A DNA stretch of 64,000 nucleotides, taken from the IMG/VR virus record IMGVR_UViG_3300020204_004241, positions 4,709-68,708 of that record; one strand, given 5' to 3'. This stretch comes from a virus. The translations under genes were made by a program, and so were the position numbers. The notes beneath the pieces were generated by a model. It saw nothing but the letters and a program-made list of their open reading frames with translations, ran no database searches and was not told the origin of the DNA. Position 1 is the first letter of the stretch. Each line of letters starts with the position of its first letter. Of the stretch, positions 28,301 to 36,185 are shown piece after piece.

Positions 28301-30108
28301 GCGGCCTCGGGAGTCGCGTCTGGTGTTGCGCGCTCCTCTGGTGCTGCTTCTTCTGTCGGCTTTGGCTTGCGTGGCTTACGCGGCTTTTTGCCAGCAGGAG
28401 TTTCTGGGCTTGCGGGTTCTGCTTCTGGTGCTTCAGTCGGCGTTGCCTCACCCTCTGGTGTGGTGTCCGCTTCTGGCACATCGATTACGTCTTCTACCGC
28501 TTCTTCTGTTTCTGCTCCGCGCTCACGCTGCTCGGTGTCAAAAACCCAGTCACGCCATGCGCGGGCAGACTGAGCGTAGTTGGGCAGGTCTTTGTCAGGT
28601 ACTTCTCGTTCTGATGGAACACCCTGTTCGCGATCGAGTTCTGCTAGATCACTCTCGTAGAATTCATTGATCATTTCCCGTTCTTCGTCGGTTGTTGCAG
28701 CCTCTAGACGGCGATCACGCTCTGCCTTAAGTTCGGCACGCCTCTTGAGGATTCTTTTATTATGACGGTCGATCTCAACCATGGACTTGGCGGCAAGGAT
28801 GCGCCGCGTAAAGTCTTCGTTTGGATCAAGAGCGATTCGACGCAGTTCGTCGTAAAAGTTATCTAGTTCATCGGGAGTCATCCGACTCAATGGCTTGTTG
28901 AACAAGTCGGGAAACTGCTCCCGAACTATCCGCTCCCAATCAGACCGGTTGGGGGCATATGTGGCTCCTCCTTCGGCTCCAAATACATACCAAGCCAAGC
29001 GTTCTTCGGGTGATAATCCATCGATGAACTCTTGGCGCGGACTTAGTGGGCGCGGACGCGGCTCTCTTGGGGTGCGACCACCAGGCCGAGGCGCTGGTCG
29101 TGGTGTTGGGGTTGGCGCTGGGCGAGGACGAACTGGAGTGCGTCCACCCGGACGAGGTGACGGGGTTCCTGGCGTAGGCGTGCCGGGGGTGGGCGTCGTG
29201 GGGATCGTTGGTCTTGTGCCAGGGGTTGGCGTAGGGGTGCCAGGGGTTGGGGTTGTTGGAACCGTCGGCCTCGTGCCAGGGGTTGGCGTAGGGGTGCCAG
29301 GGGTCGGCGTGGTCGGAACTGTTGGCCTTGTGCCAGGCGTTGGTGTTGGAGTACCAGGGGTTGGGGTTGTTGGAACTGTCGGCCTCGTGCCAGGGGTTGG
29401 CGTGGGCGTTGGGGTGGTGGGGACCGTAGGCCTTGTGCCGGGGGTCGGAGCGGGACCCGGTCCTGGAGTTGGCGATGCCGGAGGATTCCCTGGTGCCATC
29501 CCCGGACCTGTCGTCCCGGTAGGAATTCCCTGTTCTTCACGTGCCTGCTCGTCTTCTCGATCACCCCAGCCCCAGTCAATGCGACGGCCGACCTCTCGCA
29601 AGCGAGAGAGGCGTTCCAGGAGTCGCTGACCACGCTCTGCTCTACGTAGTGCCCGCTCACGCCGGCGCGCCATCTGCGGGGTGTCAACACCCTCTTGAGC
29701 AAAGTCCTGAAGTCGTTCTCCGCCGCGACCGATAAGTCCGCGCAGCCCACCTCGGCCGCCGCCGATTCGAGATAGCCCTCGACCAAGGCGCGCAGCAAGT
29801 CGTCGCACGAAACCAGTCGTACAACCTTCACCAAGTCTGTTGGTGAACTGACCGGCCGCGGGCGTTTCGGGGGGACAGCGGAACTGCCCGGCCACCGAGT
29901 CCCAGACTGCTTTCTTGACACGAATCTCAAGTTCAAGAGCGCGAGCCTTGGACTCTGACTCAAAGGCCTGCGCCTTGTAGTTGACTGAGTCGCGCCATGC
30001 AGTAATCGACGAGTGATCAATTCGCTCTAGGCGTACACGTCGCGTCGGAGCGGTATTCGCTGTTTTATGCCGAATACCACTGCTCGACAACTGCTTGGTT
30101 TCAATCAT
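22297..30108 (-). CDS. 2603-aa giant head-region protein with Pro/Thr repeats and a GNAT-like domain
   Basis: RCPPETPAAGQFTNRLGEGC; PT repeats; YIEHANMYL...YKGAGVATVF...GHNKVGVGATSDGPYVWPRLGF (about 25280-25515). Confidence 0.8.
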   Translation of the reverse strand: MIETKQLSSSGIRHKTANTAPTRRVRLERIDHSSITAWRDSVNYKAQAFESESKARALELEIRVKKAVWDSVAGQFRCPPETPAAGQFTNRLGEGCTTGFVRRLAARLGRGLSRIGGGRGGLRGLIGRGGERLQDFAQEGVDTPQMARRRERALRRAERGQRLLERLSRLREVGRRIDWGWGDREDEQAREEQGIPTGTTGPGMAPGNPPASPTPGPGPAPTPGTRPTVPTTPTPTPTPGTRPTVPTTPTPGTPTPTPGTRPTVPTTPTPGTPTPTPGTRPTVPTTPTPGTPTPTPGTRPTIPTTPTPGTPTPGTPSPRPGGRTPVRPRPAPTPTPRPAPRPGGRTPREPRPRPLSPRQEFIDGLSPEERLAWYVFGAEGGATYAPNRSDWERIVREQFPDLFNKPLSRMTPDELDNFYDELRRIALDPNEDFTRRILAAKSMVEIDRHNKRILKRRAELKAERDRRLEAATTDEEREMINEFYESDLAELDREQGVPSEREVPDKDLPNYAQSARAWRDWVFDTEQRERGAETEEAVEDVIDVPEADTTPEGEATPTEAPEAEPASPETPAGKKPRKPRKPKPTEEAAPEERATPDATPEAAPEGAPEGEAKPKRRRRRGDEPAPTSPAGAERPRTPGDTTEAGGRGRPGSFGRSRGTARRDDETGREEGFPDEETEMTVGELLEYLRDYRRGGELPQPRWQRVGRRIRDEFGYGGYRNWDVIDDKTLDDMFENLYNIMVDENESLERRELAWRGLRMIENANTRRTIGPGERTTGSVSRFPPGRFGGNNSGNRPYKAPANEADFDEFISVPQEKIPSGFRPVEGETYTTFRNRGTVSDRLLDNEDGTSSDVIPARPEADDISPPVTNPTTQAGVEADERIRVAEEIVQEEGIVGTDLRRQLEKEFDAAVRRADKAVGTPDEDAAAEAVGVVVDRIRREGQFGLFGRREFADSVDEKTAELQTRPLGFLALEGDPEDKDYVASSRAWRQFEPGDRNISEVHAERREYRMQRAEALAEAFDRGEISEETSMDKLDALVRGQVKDDVDLANYYTARRLEPSFFEGRFEVDDITPNETDTSAQEFIRDAVRTDVLNRHPWLTFENPEHPGFGDRTLTQQRMVFVQALIEVGPDLDADQLEDFARRELSEIDRTYEDMSSLFPGQIEMLRDDANALLNLAQSGDFTPDDVKDLVARRLRNIFDSTYFDGRPRVPEGVLDSNALYYYDPTEGQLESNFFDQFYAPIFQRMSETGYDDGLAIELANTARQLDKNVNAAVRALIDDPDGFIRDVEVSSPNVGPTSQGRSRVADMHDFEAREWVAQRLALIRATEEGRGLRDSAPASGLMDATQVRDLDNPEFSGNTPSLHDSGERTITSPSQFDVQPFSDNVEERIRSLVEETHLRRRKQTDTQLRQAYGLGETEPLPWEDPDSRAAQLVAEIRGLVDARRGATDDLERGDIDDQIDIRDRELRELAYTMPPVKMKVHRRDRSTGEKLFNSDGSPRIEEIEVFTDGVSVYNSNCSGVVRFRNLTTGEEGTLGRFSRYITRDVDGQPSYIEHANMYLEDQGETYKGAGVATVFNTHALRHLQLAGHNKVGVGATSDGPYVWPRLGFRVTRIYQVTELKIAMTDELINWQRGRPSLIRNQEQANAWQWIVDELDTATGNSAYENQPIDPSTPSHIEAIMAIDDAAAISDPVERGRREAEIKRWFKKLSFSGRMDLEEVLGKPLAVRAKPISRRAQGATQALNALPSVDPDRGFADNLENSSAIDLANGIVSDLRSLPPNMRDAGRVDDNLEPFYALTRSSQTPALEELLQSLRVDLSNTDLPFELTGTNLARRISEAVEADIRLASPPNLTGEGLMAVMDAERVGDTVAEVLYEFKLNLRNFSGLGPNDVAEALQSLRGRPTVDIRNLDQLRAPNFGGAGLNGPLLSNSFIAGSVETQLARITPDGTENRGIRLVLKNDVSGQPVMNFGNTRGTIFPLQQNGYFLPETVNWQGFRDSRQFPDGDFRNTFIPESPLEPSDIEAAEVDRMTWELHPQSYRDEVTRILENRGIPLRIVGEPEQAPSAEEATPEVIGDTTPEVVEEVDAAADAVATAENVTGLADALATERGEAPEAPLGSEAIDEVPQAPAQKYSGPSGTPRINANYRPRRAVGGEEAVGPTGQRFTRDPGEWYIDPENPGTEAEAAAFLVEAEAALRDRRTANDARLEMARREVDDLSENRGTVLSSDDELGDTDAADIEQARVRVIGIELEQQEIDSALKRIYDGKYGSSEGFASTVFGTQQSETLTPTGLPIPPDRLLAYPTARNRVDELAPNSAEMNRAAEAARTRAAQAEERARRRSNPDPDDPNDDAILAESENLDADEEETPAPRTRRRPATPRSPRPRNRREAQVEGPATGDEDDLNQRQEEIGIGSQAVVSEEEQQRNEEAIAEFEAGRAERAARSAARRRSRVGGRARQEEAGTPRIGPVRPAVTLDRDGLEEVESNFANYRKPFNVDNEYESPALDRVFEMLPSLDPNTYDTELLAGSAVARAVKEFFGDTMNAETGGDPEKEWDNDYSLGRLYSYIQDMLNVESTEDRRAQAQRIVDSVDAIIARMQTEAQP
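29160..29445 (-). repeat. Coding tandem repeat, ~57-nt unit (PGTRPTVPTTPTPGTPTPT), about 5 copies
   Basis: Recurrent GTGCCAGGGGTTGG on the + strand with synonymous variation. Confidence 0.9.
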
Positions 30109-32189
30109 TCTGACATTCCCACAAACTCAAATAGGCGGGCCTTGGATGCTCGGAGCGTACTGAGCCGACGATTAAACACGTCCTTCATCAGTTCCATGCG
30201 CACTTGCTCTGGCTTTGTCAGTTTACCATCGACAAGGAGTCGCTTCATGTACTCCTCCCAGCGAAAATCCTCGGCTCGCTTAATTGTGTCGTTGTACATT
30301 TCGAGCAATACTTGACGCTGACGCTGGGACACATTGGTGAAAATGCCCTTGTAGGCCGCGCCATTTCTGTCATACCAGGCGCCCAGAACATCGACTCGAC
30401 GGGATCGCAGTTCGTCCGCCGACAGTCCAGCGCCACCCGCCAATGAGTCGCCCAAAGAGAAGGTGCGCTTTGATTTTCCGACGCTTGCGGTGGCCAGGTT
30501 TTCTAGAGTTCGTCCACGATTGTCAAGCAAAAAGTCCGACATGGCCAAGACCATAAGGTCCTTCATATTTGCCGATTTGATCGGATCAGCAGAAATGGCG
30601 CCGTCAATAATATTGCGCGGGTCTTCGATAAACGAATCACGCATTTCGTTCTTTCCGGAACCAACGACCTTTCCGGCCTTGAGGCCGAGGAAGTTCTGAA
30701 TATCCGACGACAGGCGACGGGACAAGAACTCGAAGTCATTTTTGGCTGGAGTTTTAATCCACTTATTCCCGCGCCCACCGTCATACAACGTGGTGCGATT
30801 CTTGCCTTTTGATTCCTTGTACTTCTTGGAGCCAGCAACAGCACGCGCAATAAGTTCAGGGGCAATATCAGCAAGCGAGCCACCCCCATTGAGGTGGGCG
30901 ATGGCATCCTCTAGCGAGATGATTTCCTTCTCTGGGGCGGTGCTGGCCGACTGCTCAGCAACACGCTCGATCTTCCAGGGCTCGGCCCCCTCCTGCCGGC
31001 CTGGAGCATCGACGGACATGAACTTCTCATAGACCCATCGGCGCACTTGTGCAGTTTCTGCGCCACGGCTGGCGGTTATCAGATCATTGGCATTATCTAC
31101 GTCTGCGATATTCTCGCGGTAAATAAGCGAGCCGTTCGACATGTCTGCGATTTCGCGAAGTCGATCTCCTCCGTCAAATGGCTTCGGCTGAGTGCGACTA
31201 ATCTTCTGGGCCCACAAGCGCCCAAGGCGTCGACGATCTCCGTTAGTCAGTTCCTTAGTTGCCTCTAGCGTAATAGTTCCTCCGCCGGGGAGGACGTTGT
31301 GTAGTGAGCGAACCTTGTTCTGCCAGATGAGCGGCGCGTGATCTGAGCCAATGTTGTTCGGGCTTGGCACTCCGGCGAAGAATGACGCGCCCTCCATGTC
31401 CAGGCTTCGTCGTACTTGCGCCAAGGACCGCGAGGTCACTGCCGGCGCCAGAATCAAGCCATCGCGGCGGGCCATAAATCGAGCATTGGGGTTTGTCTCC
31501 AGAACGGACACAATTCCGTCAAATGCACGCTTCAATTTCTTGGGGTCTGGGCCGGCGACTCGTGGAATCTGTGCCTGTCGCTGAATCTGAATCGTCTGCG
31601 ATGTGAGTGCTCCTCCGCCTAGTGCGCGCATCATTGCCTCAGACATTGGCGCGCGCAGGAACGGACGGTTCAGGTCAAGCAGTCCGCGAAGCCTTGAGTT
31701 GGGGAGTTCGAAGAGAATACGACCACAATTGGCAAATCCACTTGAAGCGAACCGCCCGCCGTTTTCGTAACCGGCAGGACAGCGTAGTTGTGCTCGGTAA
31801 GCACGTCGGGCAGCGCCAGTGATGGCACCTCCGCCGCCGATTCCTCCCAGCCCTCGGCCCAGTCGTCCGCCCCCACCGCCACCAGGGGTAATCAGGCCGA
31901 ATGCAGCAGCGCGTGGGCTCGTGTACCGAGAAAGGTTTCCAGGGGTAAGTAGCGAACCGACAGCCTGAATACGCCGACCAACAGCAGAGTCATCCCTTAG
32001 GACGCCAGCCTTTACTTGCTGCTCTTCAAGGAGCCGCATGGTGATGATCGCCTTGTAGTTGATGACATCGCGGGTAGGCAATCCTGCCTGCTTAAACAGG
32101 TGCGGAGTTGCCTCGTGCGCGAAGATACGACGAACTACAAGCGGCTCGTTGCCGAGCACAGCGTCTTCCCGCTCCTGATCATCCCCCAT
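30105..32189 (-). CDS. 694-aa head-region protein with C-terminal HipA/PI3-4 kinase-like domain, probably inactive
   Basis: RCPAGYENGGRF; KWIK...LSSDIQNFLGL...DFLLDNRGRTLENL compared with canonical DxxxxNxDRHxxN. Confidence 0.6.
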   Translation of the reverse strand: MGDDQEREDAVLGNEPLVVRRIFAHEATPHLFKQAGLPTRDVINYKAIITMRLLEEQQVKAGVLRDDSAVGRRIQAVGSLLTPGNLSRYTSPRAAAFGLITPGGGGGGRLGRGLGGIGGGGAITGAARRAYRAQLRCPAGYENGGRFASSGFANCGRILFELPNSRLRGLLDLNRPFLRAPMSEAMMRALGGGALTSQTIQIQRQAQIPRVAGPDPKKLKRAFDGIVSVLETNPNARFMARRDGLILAPAVTSRSLAQVRRSLDMEGASFFAGVPSPNNIGSDHAPLIWQNKVRSLHNVLPGGGTITLEATKELTNGDRRRLGRLWAQKISRTQPKPFDGGDRLREIADMSNGSLIYRENIADVDNANDLITASRGAETAQVRRWVYEKFMSVDAPGRQEGAEPWKIERVAEQSASTAPEKEIISLEDAIAHLNGGGSLADIAPELIARAVAGSKKYKESKGKNRTTLYDGGRGNKWIKTPAKNDFEFLSRRLSSDIQNFLGLKAGKVVGSGKNEMRDSFIEDPRNIIDGAISADPIKSANMKDLMVLAMSDFLLDNRGRTLENLATASVGKSKRTFSLGDSLAGGAGLSADELRSRRVDVLGAWYDRNGAAYKGIFTNVSQRQRQVLLEMYNDTIKRAEDFRWEEYMKRLLVDGKLTKPEQVRMELMKDVFNRRLSTLRASKARLFEFVGMSE

Positions 32190-32201
32190 AGGGACTCCTA
32201 C

Positions 32202-33944
32202 TTAGTTGAGTGGTTCTTCGTCCAGGGCCATCAACTCAAACTCCATGAGTTTGGCCATCAGTTCTGGATCATCATTGACCGCTACAGCAGACTCGGACTT
32301 CTCTCCGTCGGCCACGGGCTTGGACCATTCCTCGGGAATCATGTCTTCAAGGCCGAGTTCCTTGGCGCGCTTGGTGATGTGGCGCTTAGCCGCCTCAACA
32401 TCCTTAGCACGGCCGTGAGCCATGATGGCATTACGCAGGTCCTCAGAGTCCTTGATTGGGAAGGAGCCGTCTTCCATGGCCTCGCCACGCTTTGACATCT
32501 CTTCACGCTGATCAATTCCGTATGCGCGCTTGAGAGCGATCTCGGCAATTTCCGAATCGATCTCCATCGCCTGAACCGCGTCGTACTCGTCGTAGCCGAG
32601 AACCTGTCCATCGAGGCTCACGTAGACATCGTACGAGCGACCATCGACGCCATTGATCTCAACTGCGTAGGCCTCACTGCCCTCGAACTCGTCTGCATCA
32701 ACCGACACGATGTCGCCCTCAATTGACTTGACGGCGATGAGGCCGGCATCCTCGAAGGAGATAATTCCGCCATAGTGCTCTGCTGACTTAACGTCGAGCA
32801 CCGAGGAATCGAGTTCGTGCCAGCCGCGACAACGAGCATCCTGGCCATCGAAAACGGCCTCGATGACCGTATCGTCACGCTTTACCTGAACGATGAAGAC
32901 ATCCTTGACGTCGGAGTATCCACCCGAGAGGGTCTTGCCGGCGAACATACCTTCAGCAAGTCCCTGAACCTCGATGAGGGTTGGCAGGCCCTGCTCTGGA
33001 GCACATCCGCCGGGGCAGGCCGCGCAAGGGCTAGCGGAGCCGGCCAGCATCTTCTGCTGGAATCCGCAGACATAAGCATCCTCGTCCCAGTCAGCGCTCT
33101 TAACACCCATGGTCTGCATACGGGCAGCGCGAGCAGCGCGACGACGCTTCATTTCTTCTTCGGCCATGCGCTGCATTTCGGACATGTCGCCCTCGCTCAT
33201 GCCCATGCCACCCTTTTCGGGCATCTCATCGCTCATCATCTTTGTACCGCACTGCGAGCAGAACTTCGCGCCGGGAGCATTCTTGTACGAACACTTGGGG
33301 CATACGCCCTTCACGTCAGACTCTTCCTGCATTTCTTCTTCTTCGGGCTTGTCCGCCATGGCCGCAGGCATCATGCCGTTGGGCATCATGTTTTCCTTCC
33401 TGCGCATACGGTTGCGCAAGGCCCGGAACATGCCCTTCTCATATTCGTCGAGCATCTCGTCGTCTTCAATCATTTCGCCGTTCTCGCCCTTACGACGACG
33501 ACGGCCCATGAGCATGCGGAGCAGGCCCTTCTCTTCCTCGGTCAAAAGATTCTCGTCGTACTCTTCTTCCGACATTTTCTCTTCATCCTCACCGGGGCCC
33601 ATGCCATACTTCTGCTGAACAGCCATAGCGCCGCACGCGCCGCAGACCTTGGAACCGCTTTCGTAGCCGCACTCACTAGCCTCAAGGCCCTTGGCGCACG
33701 CAACTACGTCGCCTTCGGCGCTGATCTTTACTACTGCTTTTTCGTCCATTTGGTCGTTCTCCTTGTATTGCATAGCCCTTGTTGTGCATGCATTTGGTGA
33801 TGAACATCCAGAGCAGGGTGACATTCGTTTGTCGCCTGTAACCATACACTGGAACTTCGGTTGAATTTTGTGGATTGCTTTGACAGCATCGTACTCGACC
33901 GAATTTATATCATCCGCAATAAACGCACTCTCCTGACTAGTCAT
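32202..33944 (-). CDS. 580-aa head-region protein: Zn-ribbon/Cys motifs, acidic Met-rich linker, PepSY-like domain, small C-terminal head-associated domain
   Basis: CPKCSYKNAPGAKFCSQCG and other CxxC motifs; ISFEDAGLIA...YAVEI...YDVYVSLDGQVL; GSFPIKDSEDLRNAI...KRAKELG. Confidence 0.7.
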   Translation of the reverse strand: MTSQESAFIADDINSVEYDAVKAIHKIQPKFQCMVTGDKRMSPCSGCSSPNACTTRAMQYKENDQMDEKAVVKISAEGDVVACAKGLEASECGYESGSKVCGACGAMAVQQKYGMGPGEDEEKMSEEEYDENLLTEEEKGLLRMLMGRRRRKGENGEMIEDDEMLDEYEKGMFRALRNRMRRKENMMPNGMMPAAMADKPEEEEMQEESDVKGVCPKCSYKNAPGAKFCSQCGTKMMSDEMPEKGGMGMSEGDMSEMQRMAEEEMKRRRAARAARMQTMGVKSADWDEDAYVCGFQQKMLAGSASPCAACPGGCAPEQGLPTLIEVQGLAEGMFAGKTLSGGYSDVKDVFIVQVKRDDTVIEAVFDGQDARCRGWHELDSSVLDVKSAEHYGGIISFEDAGLIAVKSIEGDIVSVDADEFEGSEAYAVEINGVDGRSYDVYVSLDGQVLGYDEYDAVQAMEIDSEIAEIALKRAYGIDQREEMSKRGEAMEDGSFPIKDSEDLRNAIMAHGRAKDVEAAKRHITKRAKELGLEDMIPEEWSKPVADGEKSESAVAVNDDPELMAKLMEFELMALDEEPLN

Positions 33945-36103
33945 TACTTTTGGGTGATCTTGAGGCTTGCTGTTTGAGCCGACTTACTACCATAAGCAGC
34001 ACTAAACGATTTTAGAGCATTGTTAATAGCCTTTTCGGCATCTACCGAAAGTGTTTCCTTGGCAAAAACCAGGCCATCCTCGGTCGCCTTGCAGTCAACC
34101 TTGTGATGTGAGAGCACCGGGTCGATGTGATTCTTGATGGCGAACAGGTCGGAAATCGGCGCCTTAATGATGGGCGCACTCTTCTCCTCCTTCGAGGCTT
34201 CAGAAATTACCTGGTTAAGAAGGTCAGCAATTTGTCGTAGCCGGACCATATTGCGGGTGGAAATTATTCGCCCGGCCTTGAACAAAATCTCGTCGTCATC
34301 GGACTTCATCCCGCCGCAACCGCAGCCACATCCACCCGAAGACATCGGGGGCTTCATGTATTCGTACTCGACCTCATTGCCGTCATCGTCGTCCCCAACG
34401 TGAACCCAGTTGGAGTCGTCGCCAATGAACTGCATGAACTCTGGCTCCATTTCCATGAATTCCTTAAGCACCATGTTGGCAAACTTGATGTCGGTATCTG
34501 TTACCTCATCTAGGTTGTCGTTCTCGTATCCCTCGACAAACGGGTCAGCCTTTTTGGGATTGGCAAGCCGTGACATCCGCTCATTAAATTGCCTGTCAGA
34601 AATAATCGAGCCGCGAACAACTCCGCGGATTTTACGACGGCAGTTCTTCATGCCCGGGTGGTGACAGCCCTCATTGGGCCATAGTCCGGTTGTCTCGTGG
34701 TGTAGCCACGCACAGATGCGCTCAAGTGGGTACAATTCTGGGTGGTCGGCCAGAATGACTAGGCAACGACGGAATCCGCCGGGCTTACGCATGATGGGCC
34801 GCCAGTAGCGGAGCAGACGCTCCAGGTTGCCACGGCGAGGTCCATACCCACGAAGAATGTCGCCAGTAATATTTTCCTGGGGAATGACATCCACTGGAGC
34901 CGGAGCCTTGGCTTCACCATTCGGCCACATTCCACCAACAGTTCCGCCCGCTGCCGGCGTGTAAACAGTTTGAGCCTGAACCTTCTCTGGCTCACCGAGC
35001 ATGTACTTCTGAATATCGTCCTCATAGTGGTACGACACGCGGAATGTGTTCATTTGGTCATCTTCCGAGATGTGATCAAAGATCACAATGTTCTCGTCCA
35101 TGACGCGAATACGGACGCTGCCCTTGAACTTTTCGACTAGCGCCTGAGCAAGTTCTTCTGGGTCCTTGGACTCCGCCGGCGATGCGTTGCCATAGCCAGA
35201 GTCGTCATCCTCGTAGGGCAGGCCCTTCTTCTTGCGGTCATTGAGTTTCTTGATCTCCTCCCGGACCAAGTCCTTCATGTGCCCTTCCCCACGGCTGCCA
35301 ACCGCCAACCACTTTATCTGGGCGATTACGCCGGGAAGACGGAAGTCCTGCTCGTGGCGGGCGACCCATGCCTCTCTTAATTCGAGCGCTGCGATTTGAG
35401 CGTCGGTTGTTGCTACACCATTTTGCTTGGCAATTTTTGTCAGTATTTCGTACTGAGCGTTGCCCTTGATGTTTCCGCCCTTGCGCCAAAGTTCCGGATA
35501 CTCCGTTCGGACCATCTCGGCAAAACCGCGGTCAAACATCGGCCACTTGCTTTTGCCGAAAGAGGTTACTTTATCTTCAGCCTTATCGGCCTTGATTGAA
35601 ATTGTAGCGGTTAACTGGTTGGCGCCATGAAGCACTGGCGAGACTTCGTAAAGTTCCACCTCACGCAGGATGTTTGCCTGACGAGACGAGTCGTAGATCG
35701 AGTCAAGCGTCTTGTAGCCAATCGACCATTCTTGGTCTGGGCCGAAGAAAGCAACGTCAGCAAAGGCTTGCCGCCCGCGCTCGCTCTTGAGGTTGAACTG
35801 AACGCGAGCATAGAGCCCACCAACGCCGACGTTGCGCATCTTGGCTGGTAGGCGAGGGTCATTGGGCTTGACTTCGTAGATTTCAAGGACCTTGCCGATG
35901 GGACTATTCCAGTCATGACCCCAAACGACTCGGGGATTACGGCGCTTCAGGCTTCCGTCGAAAGCCCCAGGAACGATGATGTCGCCAACAGCGTCCTTAT
36001 TACCGAAGGCGGCGACGAAGCACTCAACAATGCCCTGCGCTTCATCGATGCTGATTTGACCAGTGTTGGCCTTGAACTCATAGTCGCGAGTCTGCGTAGG
36101 CAT
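33944..36103 (-). CDS. HK97-type prohead protease (S78) with ~550-aa C-terminal extension
   Basis: FGNKDAVGDIIVPGAF, WGHDW..PIG, WSIGY, ELYEVSPVLHGAN; GGAG SD. Confidence 0.92.
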   Translation of the reverse strand: MPTQTRDYEFKANTGQISIDEAQGIVECFVAAFGNKDAVGDIIVPGAFDGSLKRRNPRVVWGHDWNSPIGKVLEIYEVKPNDPRLPAKMRNVGVGGLYARVQFNLKSERGRQAFADVAFFGPDQEWSIGYKTLDSIYDSSRQANILREVELYEVSPVLHGANQLTATISIKADKAEDKVTSFGKSKWPMFDRGFAEMVRTEYPELWRKGGNIKGNAQYEILTKIAKQNGVATTDAQIAALELREAWVARHEQDFRLPGVIAQIKWLAVGSRGEGHMKDLVREEIKKLNDRKKKGLPYEDDDSGYGNASPAESKDPEELAQALVEKFKGSVRIRVMDENIVIFDHISEDDQMNTFRVSYHYEDDIQKYMLGEPEKVQAQTVYTPAAGGTVGGMWPNGEAKAPAPVDVIPQENITGDILRGYGPRRGNLERLLRYWRPIMRKPGGFRRCLVILADHPELYPLERICAWLHHETTGLWPNEGCHHPGMKNCRRKIRGVVRGSIISDRQFNERMSRLANPKKADPFVEGYENDNLDEVTDTDIKFANMVLKEFMEMEPEFMQFIGDDSNWVHVGDDDDGNEVEYEYMKPPMSSGGCGCGCGGMKSDDDEILFKAGRIISTRNMVRLRQIADLLNQVISEASKEEKSAPIIKAPISDLFAIKNHIDPVLSHHKVDCKATEDGLVFAKETLSVDAEKAINNALKSFSAAYGSKSAQTASLKITQK

Positions 36104-36185
36104 TTACGTATCTCCAAAAGTCGATTACAGTTTATGATACTCGGCGCATTACCCCAGTAGGGGAATGTTTCAGTAATGGCATTAC

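Noticed and set aside
29160-29445. Possible CRISPR array
   Set aside because: Tandem in-frame coding repeats with synonymous changes and no unique spacers; the same applies to the collagen region
28895-30020. Elastin-like VPGVG ORF (+) and 325-aa alternative-frame ORF (-)
   Set aside because: By-products of the Pro/Thr repeat in the 2603-aa gene
32817-33800. 327-aa antisense ORF
   Set aside because: Lies wholly within the 580-aa gene; His/Leu-rich composition mirrors Met/Glu codons on the other strand
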